A stretch of 64,000 nucleotides of DNA from an uncultured Verrucomicrobiae bacterium (GTDB lineage: Bacteria; Verrucomicrobiota; Verrucomicrobiia; Chthoniobacterales; UBA10450), in assembly GCA_963834385.1 (NCBI GenBank), contig CAWIBO010000002.1:1248001-1312000 (forward strand), written 5' to 3'. Shown in pieces: positions 9,563-19,777 of this stretch. Each line of letters opens with the position of its first letter. The first letter of the stretch is position 1. A program made the position numbers and the translations under genes. The notes beneath the pieces were generated by a model that saw nothing but the letters and a program-made list of their open reading frames with translations, ran no database searches and was not told the DNA's origin.

Positions 9563-10318
9563 TCAGGCCGGCAATTTCGCCAGCAATTCGTCGGGGATAT
9601 CTAGGTTGGAATAGACGTTCTGAACGTCGTCGTCCTCTTCGAGGCTGTCGCACAGGCGTAGGACCTGAGTCGCCACCGCCTCGTCGGTGACAGGAACTGT
9701 CGTGTCGGGAATAAAGGTGAACTTTTGCCCCTCGATCGTGACGCCCTCCGTCTTGAGCGCCTCAGCCACAGCATACAGCTGATCGTGGGAAGTCCGGATA
9801 ACATACTGATCTTCGTCGTTTGTCAAATCCTCCGCGCCGGCCTCGATGGCCAGGTCAAAGAGTTTCTCCTCTGGGATTGAGCCTTTTGGGACCGTGATCT
9901 GGCCCTTTTTATGGAACATGTAGGAAACGCTCCCGCTCGCGGCCAGGTTGCCTTCATTTTTGGAAAAGATCCGGCGGAGATCGGCCGCGGTCCGGTTCTT
10001 ATTGTTCGTGGCGGCCTCCACGATCACAGCCACGCCGCCGGGAGCGTAGCCTTCATAGACGATTTCCTCGAAATGCTCGGCTTCGGCGCCCTCGCCGGTG
10101 CCGCGTTTAATCGCCCGGTCGATGTTGTCGTTCGGCATGCTGGCGGCGCGAGCGGCCAGGATGGCGCTGCGCAGGCGGACATTGCCGTTCGGATCACCAC
10201 CGCCGAGCCGGGCCGCAATCGAGATTTCCTTGGCCAGCTTGCTGAAGATGGCGCCGCGTTTGACGTCGCTCGCGCCCTTGGTGCGCTTGATCTTCGACCA
10301 TTTGCTATGCCCGGCCAT
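9563..10318 (-). CDS. yebC: YebC/PmpR family protein
   Basis: MAGHSKW, YEGYAPGG, DDDVQNVYSN. Confidence 0.95.
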   Translation of the reverse strand: MAGHSKWSKIKRTKGASDVKRGAIFSKLAKEISIAARLGGGDPNGNVRLRSAILAARAASMPNDNIDRAIKRGTGEGAEAEHFEEIVYEGYAPGGVAVIVEAATNNKNRTAADLRRIFSKNEGNLAASGSVSYMFHKKGQITVPKGSIPEEKLFDLAIEAGAEDLTNDEDQYVIRTSHDQLYAVAEALKTEGVTIEGQKFTFIPDTTVPVTDEAVATQVLRLCDSLEEDDDVQNVYSNLDIPDELLAKLPA

Positions 10319-10482
10319 GCGGTTGTCTCGGTAAAAAAATCGCGGAATGCGTGTCCCGAGGTCGGAGGAAAGGTCCGAGCAAGGGGGCGCCTCTGAAGCG
10401 GATCAGAGTGGCAAACCAGCGGCGAGACCTTGCACCCGCCGCGGGCGCGGTGTCAAGCGCCGCCCGGCCGCTCCCCCGTTTT

Positions 10483-10515
10483 GTCATCCTGAGCGAAGCG
10501 AAGGACCCCACAAAC
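10483..10515 (+). repeat. GTCATCC-type REP-like palindromic repeat (related copy at 19652-19684, opposite strand)
   Basis: GTCATCCTGAGCGAAGCGAAGGACCCCACAAAC versus GTCATCCCGAGCAAAGCGAGGGACCTCCCAAAC (reverse complement of 19652-19684). Confidence 0.7.
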
Positions 10516-10557
10516 GACCAATCAACGATGCCCAAGGCCATCGAGCATGGCGCGTGC

Positions 10558-10750
10558 AGCGGTCGGTGCGACAATCACGGCGCCCGGACATGGCGCGCTG
10601 TAGCGTCCGCTGTCCTCAGCGGATCCGGGGGATTTTGCGGAAGGAGCAGGATCAGGATTAGGAGCAGGAGCAGGAGGGGATGCGCCGGGGACGGCGCACG
10701 CTACAGCGTCGGTTGACGAATCACGCGTCCGGGATATGGCGCGCTGTAGC
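10558..10750. repeat. Inverted GTAG-type REP doublet (REPIN/BIME-like) with hexamer spacer, bracketed by ~46-bp direct repeats
   Basis: TGTAGCG-TCCGCTG-TCCT-CAGCGGA at 10599-10623 (+) and TGTAGCG-TGCGCCG-TCCC-CGGCGCA at 10681-10705 (-). Spacer of GGAGCA/GGATCA/GGATTA units at 10643-10676. Degenerate direct repeats at 10558-10604 and 10705-10750. Confidence 0.75.
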
Positions 10751-10772
10751 TGGGCGGCGGCCCCGCAATGCT

Positions 10773-12581
10773 TCAGGCCGCGATGGTGGCGCGTTTGCGC
10801 GCGGTCGCGTCGAGGATGCGTTTGCGGAGGCGGAGCGATTTGGGGGTCGCTTCGACGAACTCGTCCGGGCCGATGTATTCGATGGCGCGTTCCAGCGTCA
10901 TCTTGATCGGGGCCTCGAGCTGGATGCCTTTGCCGTCGCCCTGGCTGCGCATGTTGGTGAGATGCTTGGCCTTGCAGGGGTTGACCGGGAGATCTTCCGG
11001 GCGGGCGTTCTCACCCACGATCATGCCGGTGTAAACTTCTTCCTGCGGCCCGATGAAGAGCCGGCCGCGCGCCTGGATGTTGTTCAGCGCGTAGGCGGTG
11101 CTGGTGCCCGGTTCCATCGAGACCATGACCCCGCGGTTGCGTCCCTCGATCTCGCCCTTGTGCGGGGCGTACTCGCGGAACAAATGGCTCATGAGGCCTT
11201 CGCCCCGGGTGAGGTTGACGAGGTCGCTCTCGAACCCGATCAGGCCGCGGGTGGGGATGATCGCCTCGACTGAGACGCGGCTGGCGTGGTGATCCATGCT
11301 GACGATCTCCGCCTTGCGCGCGGCGAGCGCCTGCATGACGTCGCCGAGGTTGTCGTTCGGCACTTCCACGTAAAGATTTTCGATCGGCTCGAGCAGGCTG
11401 CCATCCTCGGCCCGGTGGAAGATCACTTCCGGGCGGGAGACCATGACCTCGTAGCCTTCGCGGCGCATCTGCTCGACCAGGATGGCGATCTGCATTTCGC
11501 CGCGCGCGTTCAGCTCGAAAGCGCCGGCCAGCTCGGTGTCGTTCACCTGGAGCGAGACGTTGCCGCGCGTTTCGCGGACGAGGCGCTCGCGCAGGTGCCG
11601 GGCGGTGACGAATTTGCCTTCGCGGCCGGCGAACGGCGAATCATTCACGAGCAGGCGCATCCGGATGGTGGGCGGATCGATATCGACGAACTGGAGCGCG
11701 GTGCGCTCTTCGCGGTCGGTCAGCGTTTCGCCGATGAAAACATCCTCGAACCCGGTCAGGCCGATGATGTCGCCGGCATTGGCATGTTTGACTTCGGTCT
11801 GGCCAAGCCCGGAGAAAGTGTAAAGGGCGGTAACGGCGGCGCGTTCACGGCCACCTTCGCGGTTGATCCGGACAATGGAATCGCCCACGGAAACGCGACC
11901 GGAAACGATGCGACCGAGGGCGATGCGGCCGAGGTAATCGCTGTAATCGAGGTTCGAGACGAGCATCTGGAAGAAAGGCTCGGAAGAGATCTCGGGGGGC
12001 GGCACGTGCTCAATAATGGCCTCGAAGAGCGGGGTCATGTCCTCGCTGTTCTCGTGCACCTCGCGCATGGCGAAACCGTTCTTGGCGCTGGCGTAAATGA
12101 TGGGGAAATCGAGCTGCTCGTCGTTGGCCTTCAGCTCGACGAATAGATCAAAGACCATGTCGAGCACCTTGTGCGGGCGGGCGTTCTCGCGATCGATCTT
12201 GTTGATGACCACGATCGGTTTGACCTTGCTCTCGAGGGCTTTGCGCAGGACGAAACGGGTCTGGGCCTGGGGGCCGTCGTGCGCGTCCACCACCAGAAGG
12301 ACGCCGTCGACCATTTTCATGATCCGCTCGACTTCGCCGCCAAAATCGGCGTGGCCCGGGGTGTCGACGATGTTGACCCGGTAGCCGTTCCATTGGAAAG
12401 CGGCGTTCTTGGCCCGGATGGTGATGCCTTTTTCGCGCTCGAGATCCATCGAGTCCATGACCCGTTCCTCGACCTTCTGGTTGGAACGGAAAGTGCCGGA
12501 CTGGCGCAGCAACTGGTCGACCAGGGTGGTCTTGCCGTGGTCAACGTGCGCAATAATAGCGATGTTACGAATCTTCTCCAT
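10773..12581 (-). CDS. typA: Translational GTPase TypA/BipA
   Basis: [52 protein letters not shown]. Confidence 0.97.
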   Translation of the reverse strand: MEKIRNIAIIAHVDHGKTTLVDQLLRQSGTFRSNQKVEERVMDSMDLEREKGITIRAKNAAFQWNGYRVNIVDTPGHADFGGEVERIMKMVDGVLLVVDAHDGPQAQTRFVLRKALESKVKPIVVINKIDRENARPHKVLDMVFDLFVELKANDEQLDFPIIYASAKNGFAMREVHENSEDMTPLFEAIIEHVPPPEISSEPFFQMLVSNLDYSDYLGRIALGRIVSGRVSVGDSIVRINREGGRERAAVTALYTFSGLGQTEVKHANAGDIIGLTGFEDVFIGETLTDREERTALQFVDIDPPTIRMRLLVNDSPFAGREGKFVTARHLRERLVRETRGNVSLQVNDTELAGAFELNARGEMQIAILVEQMRREGYEVMVSRPEVIFHRAEDGSLLEPIENLYVEVPNDNLGDVMQALAARKAEIVSMDHHASRVSVEAIIPTRGLIGFESDLVNLTRGEGLMSHLFREYAPHKGEIEGRNRGVMVSMEPGTSTAYALNNIQARGRLFIGPQEEVYTGMIVGENARPEDLPVNPCKAKHLTNMRSQGDGKGIQLEAPIKMTLERAIEYIGPDEFVEATPKSLRLRKRILDATARKRATIAA

Positions 12582-12588
12582 GGGGCGT

Positions 12589-12639
12589 CTCCTCGCGCGA
12601 GGAGCCGCGGAATATGGGCGCGAACCGGCGATTCGTCAA
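12589..12639 (-). promoter_or_regulatory. typA promoter plus SD-containing 5' hairpin
   Basis: TTGACG-N17-CATATT (12639-12611), followed by the perfect 16-nt palindrome CTCCTCGCGCGAGGAG (12589-12604), which contains the SD GAGGAG 7 nt before the ATG. Confidence 0.55.
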
Positions 12640-12685
12640 CGGAGGCGGCGAAGTTTGCCTCGCGCACACACCGAAAACACAATCA

Positions 12686-12712
12686 GCGCCCCGGCCTTTG
12701 TGACCGGGGCGC
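12686..12712 (-). terminator. Probable intrinsic terminator of the 98-aa secreted protein gene
   Basis: 9-bp stem GCGCCCCGG/CCGGGGCGC, followed on the minus strand by TGATTGTGTTTT. Confidence 0.55.
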
Positions 12713-12729
12713 CGAAAGGAAGAGGCCGT

Positions 12730-13026
12730 TTACCAGCCGGCCCGGAAACCAGCCCTGTGCCCGTAGGCATAGGGATGATGACCGCGATAGCCGCGGCGGG
12801 GATAACTCCGCACATAGCAGCCACGCTGCCAGACACGGCCGTAGCGGCGGTATTCCCAATGGCCGGGGACCCAGACGTAGCGAGAACCGCCACGGTAGTA
12901 GTGCTGGCCATGATAATAGGGGCGATCGCCAATGCTGATGTAGAAACCGCCCGCTTCCGCCTGCGCCGGGATCATTGCGCCTCCGCAGAGAACCGCGGCG
13001 AGAACCAGGATCATTTTCAATTTCAT
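12730..13026 (-). CDS. Small secreted Tyr/Arg/Gly-rich protein with YXWGXW (WXXGXW)-type motif
   Basis: SD AGGAGG, signal peptide MKLKMILVLAAVLCGGAMIPAQAEA, motif YVWVPGHW...VWQRGCY. The ORF track start at 13308 is too far upstream. Confidence 0.8.
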   Translation of the reverse strand: MKLKMILVLAAVLCGGAMIPAQAEAGGFYISIGDRPYYHGQHYYRGGSRYVWVPGHWEYRRYGRVWQRGCYVRSYPRRGYRGHHPYAYGHRAGFRAGW

Positions 13027-13097
13027 CTCCGTCTCCTCCTTTCCGGAAGAGTAAGACGACGCCAGCGGAGCAATTATTCGCGCCTTCTCGGGAGATC

Positions 13098-14903
13098 TCA
13101 GGCGCCGGCTTCTTCCAGGACCGGCGGGGCGGGATCGACCCATTTGCCGTGTTCGCGGATCAGGTCTTTCAGGCGCTCGACGGCTTCCGCCTCGGGGATG
13201 TTGAATTTCACGGCGGTTTTCCCGACGTAAAGGTTCACCTTGCCGGGCGCGCCACCGACGTAACCGAAATCGGCGTCCGCCATCTCGCCCGGCCCGTTTA
13301 CGATGCAACCCATGATGGCGATCTTGACGCCCTTGAGGTGAATGGTGGCTTCCTTGATGCGGGCGGTGGTGGTCTGGAGATTGAAAAGCGTGCGGCCGCA
13401 GGAGGGGCAGGCGACATAGTCCGTCTTGAAAATGCGGGAGCCGGCCGCCTGCAGGATGTTGTAGCTGAGACGCAGCGACTGCCCGGGGGCTTCCTCGCCC
13501 TGGACGAGGATGGCGTCGCCGATCCCGTCACAAAGAAGCGATCCGATGTTGGTGGCGGAATTCAGGAGAGTGGCAAGGAAATCGGCCGTGCTGCCGCCGG
13601 ATGGATGGAGGGTGTCCTTGAGCAGGATGGGATGCAGCGGCTGAGCTTTGGCCGCGAGCAGGCGATAGGCCGCAATCACGGGGAGATCGGTGGCATCGCT
13701 GACAGTGATGAAGCGGGGCGAGGCACTGCTGTTCAGACGGGCCACGGCTGCATCGTCGCGCGGATCGAGTTCCACGATCGCGGCCTGCTCGTAGACGATC
13801 TCCGGCTTGTAATCGCCCATGCGCTCGACTTTGTGCGCGATCTTTTCGAAGGAAGTCTGCCTGACCACGACCCGGATCATTTCTTCGCCGCCGAGCGCGA
13901 TCTCGCCCCCGATGCCGGGCACCCGGAGGGTCTGGGAAGCGCGCCGCTGATAGGAGAAAGGATCATAAGCCAGCTCGGGCGGGATGCCATCGAGACGGCA
14001 GGCGGCGTGGTTGCGCCATTTTTGTTCCGCCACTTCCACGAGGGCGCGGGCCACGGGGATCTCATGCACGCTGTCCTCGGTGAGGGAGACGCGCACGGTA
14101 TCGCCGATGCCGTCGGCGAGAAGCGAGCCGATGCCGATCGCACTCTTGATCCGGGCGTCCTCGCCTTCACCGGCCTCGGTGACGCCGAGGTGGATCGGAT
14201 AATTCCAGTCCGGTCCCTCCTCCCGCAGGCGCGCCACCAGGAGCCGGTAGGCGGCGATCATGACCTTCGGGTTGCTCGATTTCATCGAGAAAACGAAGGC
14301 GTGATAATCGAGGTCGCGCGCGATCCGGGCAAACTCGAGCGCGCTTTCGACCATGCCGAGAGGCGTGTCGCCGTAACGGTTCATGATCCGGTCGGAGAGC
14401 GAGCCATGGTTGGTGCCGATGCGCATGGCGATGCCGCGTTCCCGGCAGAGTTTCACCAGGGGCGTGAAGCGCTCGCGGATGCGGGCCAGCTCGGCGGCAT
14501 ACTGCTCGTCGGTATACTCGATGATCTTGAATTTCTTGGAGTCGGCGTAGTTCCCGGGATTGATCCGGACCTTGTCGACCCACCGGGCGGCCTCGAGCGC
14601 GGCCTCCGGCTTGAAATGGATATCGGCCACGATCGGGACCTCGCAGCCGCGGGCGCGCAGGCCGGCCGCGATGTGCTGGAGGTTGGCCGCGTCCTTCACC
14701 GTGGGCGCGGTGATGCGCACGATCTCGCAGCCGACATCGGCCAGCTCGATCGTCTGGGCGATCGAAGCTTCCGTGTCCATGGTGTCGCAGGTGATCATCG
14801 ACTGGACCCGGACCGGGTTGTCGCCACCGATCCCAACGCCCCCGGCGACGACCTCGCGGGAGGGCCGGCGCTGGTTCAGGAGCGGATGATCGCAGTACTT
14901 CAC
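13098..14903 (-). CDS. ispG: (E)-4-hydroxy-3-methylbut-2-enyl diphosphate synthase, long three-domain type
   Basis: RVQSM, VADIHF, RINPGN, RIGTNHGSLS, HLGVTEAG, CPSCGR and MGCIVNGPGE; 601 aa with a central insert. Confidence 0.97.
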   Translation of the reverse strand: MKYCDHPLLNQRRPSREVVAGGVGIGGDNPVRVQSMITCDTMDTEASIAQTIELADVGCEIVRITAPTVKDAANLQHIAAGLRARGCEVPIVADIHFKPEAALEAARWVDKVRINPGNYADSKKFKIIEYTDEQYAAELARIRERFTPLVKLCRERGIAMRIGTNHGSLSDRIMNRYGDTPLGMVESALEFARIARDLDYHAFVFSMKSSNPKVMIAAYRLLVARLREEGPDWNYPIHLGVTEAGEGEDARIKSAIGIGSLLADGIGDTVRVSLTEDSVHEIPVARALVEVAEQKWRNHAACRLDGIPPELAYDPFSYQRRASQTLRVPGIGGEIALGGEEMIRVVVRQTSFEKIAHKVERMGDYKPEIVYEQAAIVELDPRDDAAVARLNSSASPRFITVSDATDLPVIAAYRLLAAKAQPLHPILLKDTLHPSGGSTADFLATLLNSATNIGSLLCDGIGDAILVQGEEAPGQSLRLSYNILQAAGSRIFKTDYVACPSCGRTLFNLQTTTARIKEATIHLKGVKIAIMGCIVNGPGEMADADFGYVGGAPGKVNLYVGKTAVKFNIPEAEAVERLKDLIREHGKWVDPAPPVLEEAGA

Positions 14904-14909
14904 GCCGCG

Positions 14910-14938
14910 AGAATACCGGCGGGCCTCCCTGAACGCAA
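14910..14938 (-). promoter_or_regulatory. Internal sigma70-like promoter of ispG (leaderless geometry)
   Basis: TTGCGT-N17-TATTCT, ending 6 nt before the GTG start. Confidence 0.55.
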
Positions 14939-14943
14939 TCGGC

Positions 14944-16347
14944 TCAGGGCTCGGCCGATTCGGCCTGGGGATCGAGCTTGTCCAGCCGTCTCCGGATGAA
15001 AGGCAGATCCTGCGCGTCGTAGAAGGTCACGTAGAGCATGTAACCGATGATGAGCATGGCGCAGGCGGTCTGGATCACCTCGAGGACGCGGATATTGACC
15101 GGCTTGCGGCGGATCCCCTCGATGATGGCGAGGACGATATGCCCGCCATCGAGCACGGGAATCGGAAGCATGTTCAGGATGGCGAGGTTGACGTTGAGGA
15201 TCACGCTGAACCAAAGAGCGAGCTGCCAGCCCCGCTCGTTTTCGAACAGCAGATAGTAGATTCGGCCGATGCCGACCGGCCCGCTCAGGTGTTGCAAGCG
15301 GACATCGGACTTGGGCGAAGCCACCGCGCCGATGGTGTTGAGGGTGCTCTCGATGCTGTTGTAAACCTGCTCGATCGGGCCGGGATGAGCGACCGAGTTG
15401 CGGCCGGCGTCCCATTGGATGCCGATGCGCGGTCGTTTCTCCTCGCCGATGATCTTCGGGGCGACCGCCACGGTGCGGGTGGCGCCGTCGCGGGTCACGG
15501 TCAGGTCAAGGGGCCGGGCCGGGTTCTCCTCGATCTCCGCGGCGACGGCGATCGGATGGTGAATCACCTCGCCGTTCACCTGCGTGACCACGTCGCCCGG
15601 CTGGAGCCCCGCCTCTTCCGCGGGCGTGCCCGGCTGGACCAGATCAATGCGCGCCGTCTGCGCCGGCAGGATCATGACCTGCCGAACGCTCTTGCGTCGC
15701 CAGCCGCGGGTCTCCGCCTTTTGCGGCTCGGCCGAGAGGTTCAGGGTCTCCGCGCCGCGCTGGATCTTGAAAGGGATGGAATCGCCTTCGCTGCGGACGA
15801 CGTTCCAGATCACGCTGTCGTTCATCCCGGAAAAGCGGGTGACGGCCTCGCCGTCGACCTCGAGGATCTTGTCGCCGGCACGGAGCCCGGCGCGGGCCGC
15901 GGGCGAATCCTCCTCGACGTAACCGATGGTGGTGGTGAGGTCCGATTCGTTCACCGGATAACCGACCACCCAGACGATGCAGGCAAAGGCGAGGGCGAGA
16001 AGGAGACTGAAGAGCGGGCCGGCGACCGCGACGATGATCTTGTCGATCGCCGAGGCTTTCGGGAGGGTGGCGCGATCGACGTCGGTCTTGCCCTCGATGA
16101 TATCCATGGGGGCAAGCTGCGGGACGGAAACGAAGCCGCCGAAGGGGATCGACCCGAGGGAGTATTGCACCCCGTTGACGGTCTTTTTCCAGAGCGGTTT
16201 GCCGAACCAAACCCCGAACTTGTCCACCACCAGGCCGCGCCAGCGCGCCGCGAGGAAATGCCCCAGCTCATGCACCACGATGAGGAGGTTAAACAACACG
16301 AGCACCTCGACGATGATCGTGATCACCCGAAAAACTTGAGAGACCAT
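14944..16347 (-). CDS. rseP: RIP zinc metalloprotease RseP with PDZ domains
   Basis: HELGH, GGFV, two PDZ segments (SPAARAGLRAGD, TPAEEAGLQPGD), NMLPIPVLDGGH. Confidence 0.93.
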   Translation of the reverse strand: MVSQVFRVITIIVEVLVLFNLLIVVHELGHFLAARWRGLVVDKFGVWFGKPLWKKTVNGVQYSLGSIPFGGFVSVPQLAPMDIIEGKTDVDRATLPKASAIDKIIVAVAGPLFSLLLALAFACIVWVVGYPVNESDLTTTIGYVEEDSPAARAGLRAGDKILEVDGEAVTRFSGMNDSVIWNVVRSEGDSIPFKIQRGAETLNLSAEPQKAETRGWRRKSVRQVMILPAQTARIDLVQPGTPAEEAGLQPGDVVTQVNGEVIHHPIAVAAEIEENPARPLDLTVTRDGATRTVAVAPKIIGEEKRPRIGIQWDAGRNSVAHPGPIEQVYNSIESTLNTIGAVASPKSDVRLQHLSGPVGIGRIYYLLFENERGWQLALWFSVILNVNLAILNMLPIPVLDGGHIVLAIIEGIRRKPVNIRVLEVIQTACAMLIIGYMLYVTFYDAQDLPFIRRRLDKLDPQAESAEP

Positions 16348-16351
16348 GAAA

Positions 16352-17503
16352 TTAAGCCCGAAGCGCGGCGCCGGCACGCGCGCGAGCCCAGCGATCGGCC
16401 CCCAATATGGCATCGAGGTCGGGCTGCGCAATTGTCTCGTGTTCCTTCATCACTTTTTCCACCGTTTGCCAGATCTGCGGGAACGGGATGGCCTGTTCCA
16501 GGAACGCTGAGACCGCCACTTCGTTCGCCGCGTTCAATACGGCCGGGAGGGTCCCTCCGGTCTCCCCCGCCTCCCGGGCCAGGTCGAGCGCCGGGAAATC
16601 GTGAAACCGCGGGGTGGCGAACTCGAGCTGGCGCAGCTTACCAAAGTCGAGCGGCGGCAGGCTGTTGGCGACCCGTTCCGGCCAGGTCACGGCATACTGG
16701 ATCGGGAAACACATGTCCGAATGCGAAAGCTGGGCCAGGACCGAGCCGTCAAAGAACTCGACCATGGAGTGGACAATGCTCTGCGGATGGATCACGACCT
16801 CGACGCGTTTCATTTCCACATCGAAGAGCCAGCGGGCCTCGATCATCTCGAGTCCCTTGTTGAAAAGCGTGGCGGAATCGATCGTGATCTTCGGACCCAT
16901 GTTCCAGGTGGGATGCTTCAGCGCCTGCTCCACCGTGATGGAGGGGAACTGGGCGGCCTCCGTGCCCCGGAAAGGTCCGCCGGAGGCGGTCAGGATGATG
17001 CGGCGGACCGCCTGGTCGTTCCCGGCGAGGCACTGGAAAATCGCGTTGTGTTCGCTGTCGACCGGCAAAACGTGGACCTTTCGGCGTCGCGCCTCGCGCA
17101 TGACGATCTCGCCGGCCATGACGAGGATTTCCTTGCTGGCGACGGCAAGATCCTTGCCGGCCTCGATGGCGGCGAGGGCCGGGCGGAGACCGCCGGTGCC
17201 GACCACCGCCACCAGGACCATCTCGGCCTCGGCCAGGGCCGCGATTTCACAGAGCCCTTCCTCGCCGGCCAGGATGCGTGGTTTATAAGCAAGCTTCGCC
17301 TTCAGCTCGTCGAGCCGTGTTTCGTCCACGAGACAGACGGCCGGCGGCCGGACGGCGTTGGCCTGCTCGGCCAGCTTGGCGGCGCTGCTGCGCGCGGCCA
17401 GACCCACGATCTCCATCCGCTCGGGGATGTCGCGCGCGACCTTGAGCGCACTTTCGCCAATGGAACCGGTCGCGCCGAGCACGACAACTTTCTTGGGCGT
17501 CAT
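16352..17503 (-). CDS. dxr: 1-deoxy-D-xylulose-5-phosphate reductoisomerase
   Basis: LGATGSIG, LPVDSEHNAIFQ, LTASGGPF, HPTWNMGPKITIDSAT, NAANE. Confidence 0.97.
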   Translation of the reverse strand: MTPKKVVVLGATGSIGESALKVARDIPERMEIVGLAARSSAAKLAEQANAVRPPAVCLVDETRLDELKAKLAYKPRILAGEEGLCEIAALAEAEMVLVAVVGTGGLRPALAAIEAGKDLAVASKEILVMAGEIVMREARRRKVHVLPVDSEHNAIFQCLAGNDQAVRRIILTASGGPFRGTEAAQFPSITVEQALKHPTWNMGPKITIDSATLFNKGLEMIEARWLFDVEMKRVEVVIHPQSIVHSMVEFFDGSVLAQLSHSDMCFPIQYAVTWPERVANSLPPLDFGKLRQLEFATPRFHDFPALDLAREAGETGGTLPAVLNAANEVAVSAFLEQAIPFPQIWQTVEKVMKEHETIAQPDLDAILGADRWARARAGAALRA

Positions 17504-17512
17504 GGCGTGGTC

Positions 17513-18427
17513 CTACGGAAGGGGGATGACGAAGCGGAGATAGAAAAAGAGGAGGGGCGCGGTGAAAAGAAGGCTGTCGACCAGGTCAAGGGCGCCGCCG
17601 ATGCCCGGGAGCATGTTGCCCGAATCCTTTACCCCGGTGCTGCGCTTGATGATCGATTCGGCCAGGTCGCCGATGACCGCGGCAAAGCCGAGGATGGGTC
17701 CCAGGATGGCGGCATGCGTCCAGGTCAGGATGCCGAGCCGCTCGGGCATGAGCCAGAACATGCCCACGCTGGCGAGGAGCGAGAAGGCGAGGGCGCCGAA
17801 GAATCCCTCCCAGGTTTTCTTGGGACTGATGTGCGGGATCAGTTTGTGGCGGCCGATGAGGCTTCCGGTCAGATACGCGCCCATGTCGCTGAACTTGGTG
17901 ATGGCGATCAGGTAAAGAACGTAGAACTGGCCGGTGACCTCGCCGTCCGGTCCGCGCGGGACAACGTAGACGATCTTGGTGATGAAGTTGTAGAGCCAGA
18001 CGACATATAGAAGGCCAAAGAGGGTGTAGGCCATGGTGCGGAGCGGGGCGTCGTCCCGCAGCAGGTCAAACATCTGGCGCCCGAAGACGGTGAGGAGGAA
18101 AAAGAGCAGGACACCGATTTCAAAGTCATAGGCATGGCTGAGCCCGATGCGGGAAAAGAAATAGAAACTTCCCGCCAGCATGACGGCCCCGCAGATCATC
18201 CCCGTGATCTTGAAATTCGGGAGTCCCCGCGCGTCGAGCATGGTGTAAAACTCCCAGAGCGCGATCAGCCCGAGGGTGGAGAGGAGGGCAAAGAAGGCAA
18301 TTTCGTAGCCGCTGAAAATGATGCCGAGCGCGACCGACCAGAGGATGATCGTGCTGCCGAAACGCAGGAGAAAGGTGAGCCGCGCGGTAACCGTCTTTGG
18401 CTCAGATTGTTCGACCCCGGCGGACAT
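17513..18427 (-). CDS. cdsA: Phosphatidate cytidylyltransferase
   Basis: [43 protein letters not shown]. Start placed at ATG 18427. Confidence 0.92.
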   Translation of the reverse strand: MSAGVEQSEPKTVTARLTFLLRFGSTIILWSVALGIIFSGYEIAFFALLSTLGLIALWEFYTMLDARGLPNFKITGMICGAVMLAGSFYFFSRIGLSHAYDFEIGVLLFFLLTVFGRQMFDLLRDDAPLRTMAYTLFGLLYVVWLYNFITKIVYVVPRGPDGEVTGQFYVLYLIAITKFSDMGAYLTGSLIGRHKLIPHISPKKTWEGFFGALAFSLLASVGMFWLMPERLGILTWTHAAILGPILGFAAVIGDLAESIIKRSTGVKDSGNMLPGIGGALDLVDSLLFTAPLLFFYLRFVIPLP

Positions 18428-18518
18428 GTGTCGTCCACGATGCGACGCACCGGCCCAAACGCAAGTGGAGGGCGGCGGCGGAGTTTGCGCTTCCGCGACA
18501 CCTGCTACCTTCTCTGCC

Positions 18519-19565
18519 ATGGCCCAGACGATGCAGGCGATCGTGAAGAGCAAACCGGAGCCCGGCCTCTGGCTTGAGGAAATCGCGGTGCCGCAGATTG
18601 GTCCGGACGATGTCCTGATCGCAACCGAGAAAGCCTCCATCTGCGGGACCGACGTCCACATCTACAACTGGGATCATTGGGCCAAAAAGACCATCCCGGT
18701 GCCGATGCCGATCGGGCACGAGTTCGTCGGCCGCATTGCGCAGGTCGGCGCCAATGTGCGCGGGTTTGCCGAAGGCGACCTGGTCGTGGGCGAGGGGCAC
18801 ATCACCTGTGGCCACTGCCGCAACTGTCTCGCCGGGCGGCGGCACCTCTGCCCGAACACCGAAGGGGTGGGGGTGAACCGGCCCGGGGCCTGGGCCGAAT
18901 TCGTCGCCATCCCGGCCACCAACGTCTGGCACGCTGATCCTGCGATCCCGCTTGATGTTCTTTCGTGCTTCGATCCGCTCGGTAACGCCGTGCATACCGC
19001 GCTGACCTACGATCTCGTGGGCGAGGACGTCCTCATTACCGGCGCCGGACCGATCGGCTGCATGGCGGTCCCGATCTGCAAACAGGCCGGGGCGCGCCAC
19101 GTTGTCATCACCGACGTCAACCCCTACCGCCTGGAGCTGGCGCGCAAGATGGCTCCCGGGGTCACCGCCGTCGACGTGAGCCGCGAAAAGCTGGCCGATG
19201 CCATGAAGAAGCTCGGGATGAAGGAAGGGTTTGATGTTGCCCTTGAGATGTCGGGCAATCCGAAGGCGTTTGCCGATCTGCTGCCGAACATGTTTTACGG
19301 GGGCAAGATCGCGCTCCTCGGCATCATGCCGGAGAACGCGGCGATTGACTGGAACACGGTGGTTTTTCACAGCCTGACCATCCGTGGGATTTACGGCCGG
19401 GAGATGTTCGAGACCTGGTATAAGATGACCGCGCTGATCCAGAGCGGGCTCGATATTTCACCGGTGATCACGCATCGCCTGCCCTTTCAGGAATTCGAGG
19501 AAGGAATCGAGCTGGCCAGATCGGGGCAGTCCGGCAAGGTGGTTTTGGAATGGGGCGGTCGGTAG
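18519..19565 (+). CDS. tdh: L-threonine 3-dehydrogenase
   Basis: [46 protein letters not shown]. Confidence 0.96.
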   Translation: MAQTMQAIVKSKPEPGLWLEEIAVPQIGPDDVLIATEKASICGTDVHIYNWDHWAKKTIPVPMPIGHEFVGRIAQVGANVRGFAEGDLVVGEGHITCGHCRNCLAGRRHLCPNTEGVGVNRPGAWAEFVAIPATNVWHADPAIPLDVLSCFDPLGNAVHTALTYDLVGEDVLITGAGPIGCMAVPICKQAGARHVVITDVNPYRLELARKMAPGVTAVDVSREKLADAMKKLGMKEGFDVALEMSGNPKAFADLLPNMFYGGKIALLGIMPENAAIDWNTVVFHSLTIRGIYGREMFETWYKMTALIQSGLDISPVITHRLPFQEFEEGIELARSGQSGKVVLEWGGR

Positions 19566-19570
19566 GGTTT

Positions 19571-19719
19571 ACCGCAGAGACGCAGAGAGCGCAGAGGAGG
19601 GAGTGAGGGTTGGTTGGGCGGGGAGGAGATAGCGGGGCCACGCCGCACGTTGTTTGGGAGGTCCCTCGCTTTGCTCGGGATGACGCGCGTTCGCCGGTGG
19701 GGCGAGACTCTGTCGAGCC
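19571..19719. repeat. Cluster of three different short REP-like elements between convergent genes
   Basis: ACCGCAGAGACGCAGAGAGCGCAGAGG (19571-19597), a GTCATCC-type copy (19652-19684, minus), and the GGTGGGGCGAGACTCTGTCGAGCC imperfect hairpin (19696-19719). Confidence 0.6.
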
Positions 19720-19777
19720 TGGGAGGAAGCGATGCCCAACGGGGAGGGCGGCGCGGCCTCCCAACAAATCCGAATCT

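Noticed and set aside
10319..10456. yebC leader with small hairpins as a possible riboswitch or attenuator
   Set aside because: No recognisable riboswitch consensus or convincing uORF; the hairpins are unremarkable for this GC content.
10558..10750. Possible mini CRISPR array
   Set aside because: Only two degenerate repeats, a palindromic REP-like spacer and no cas genes.
13098..14903. IspG about 230 aa longer than the E. coli enzyme
   Set aside because: The three-domain IspG type is already known from plants, Chlamydiae and Bacteroidota, so it is not novel.
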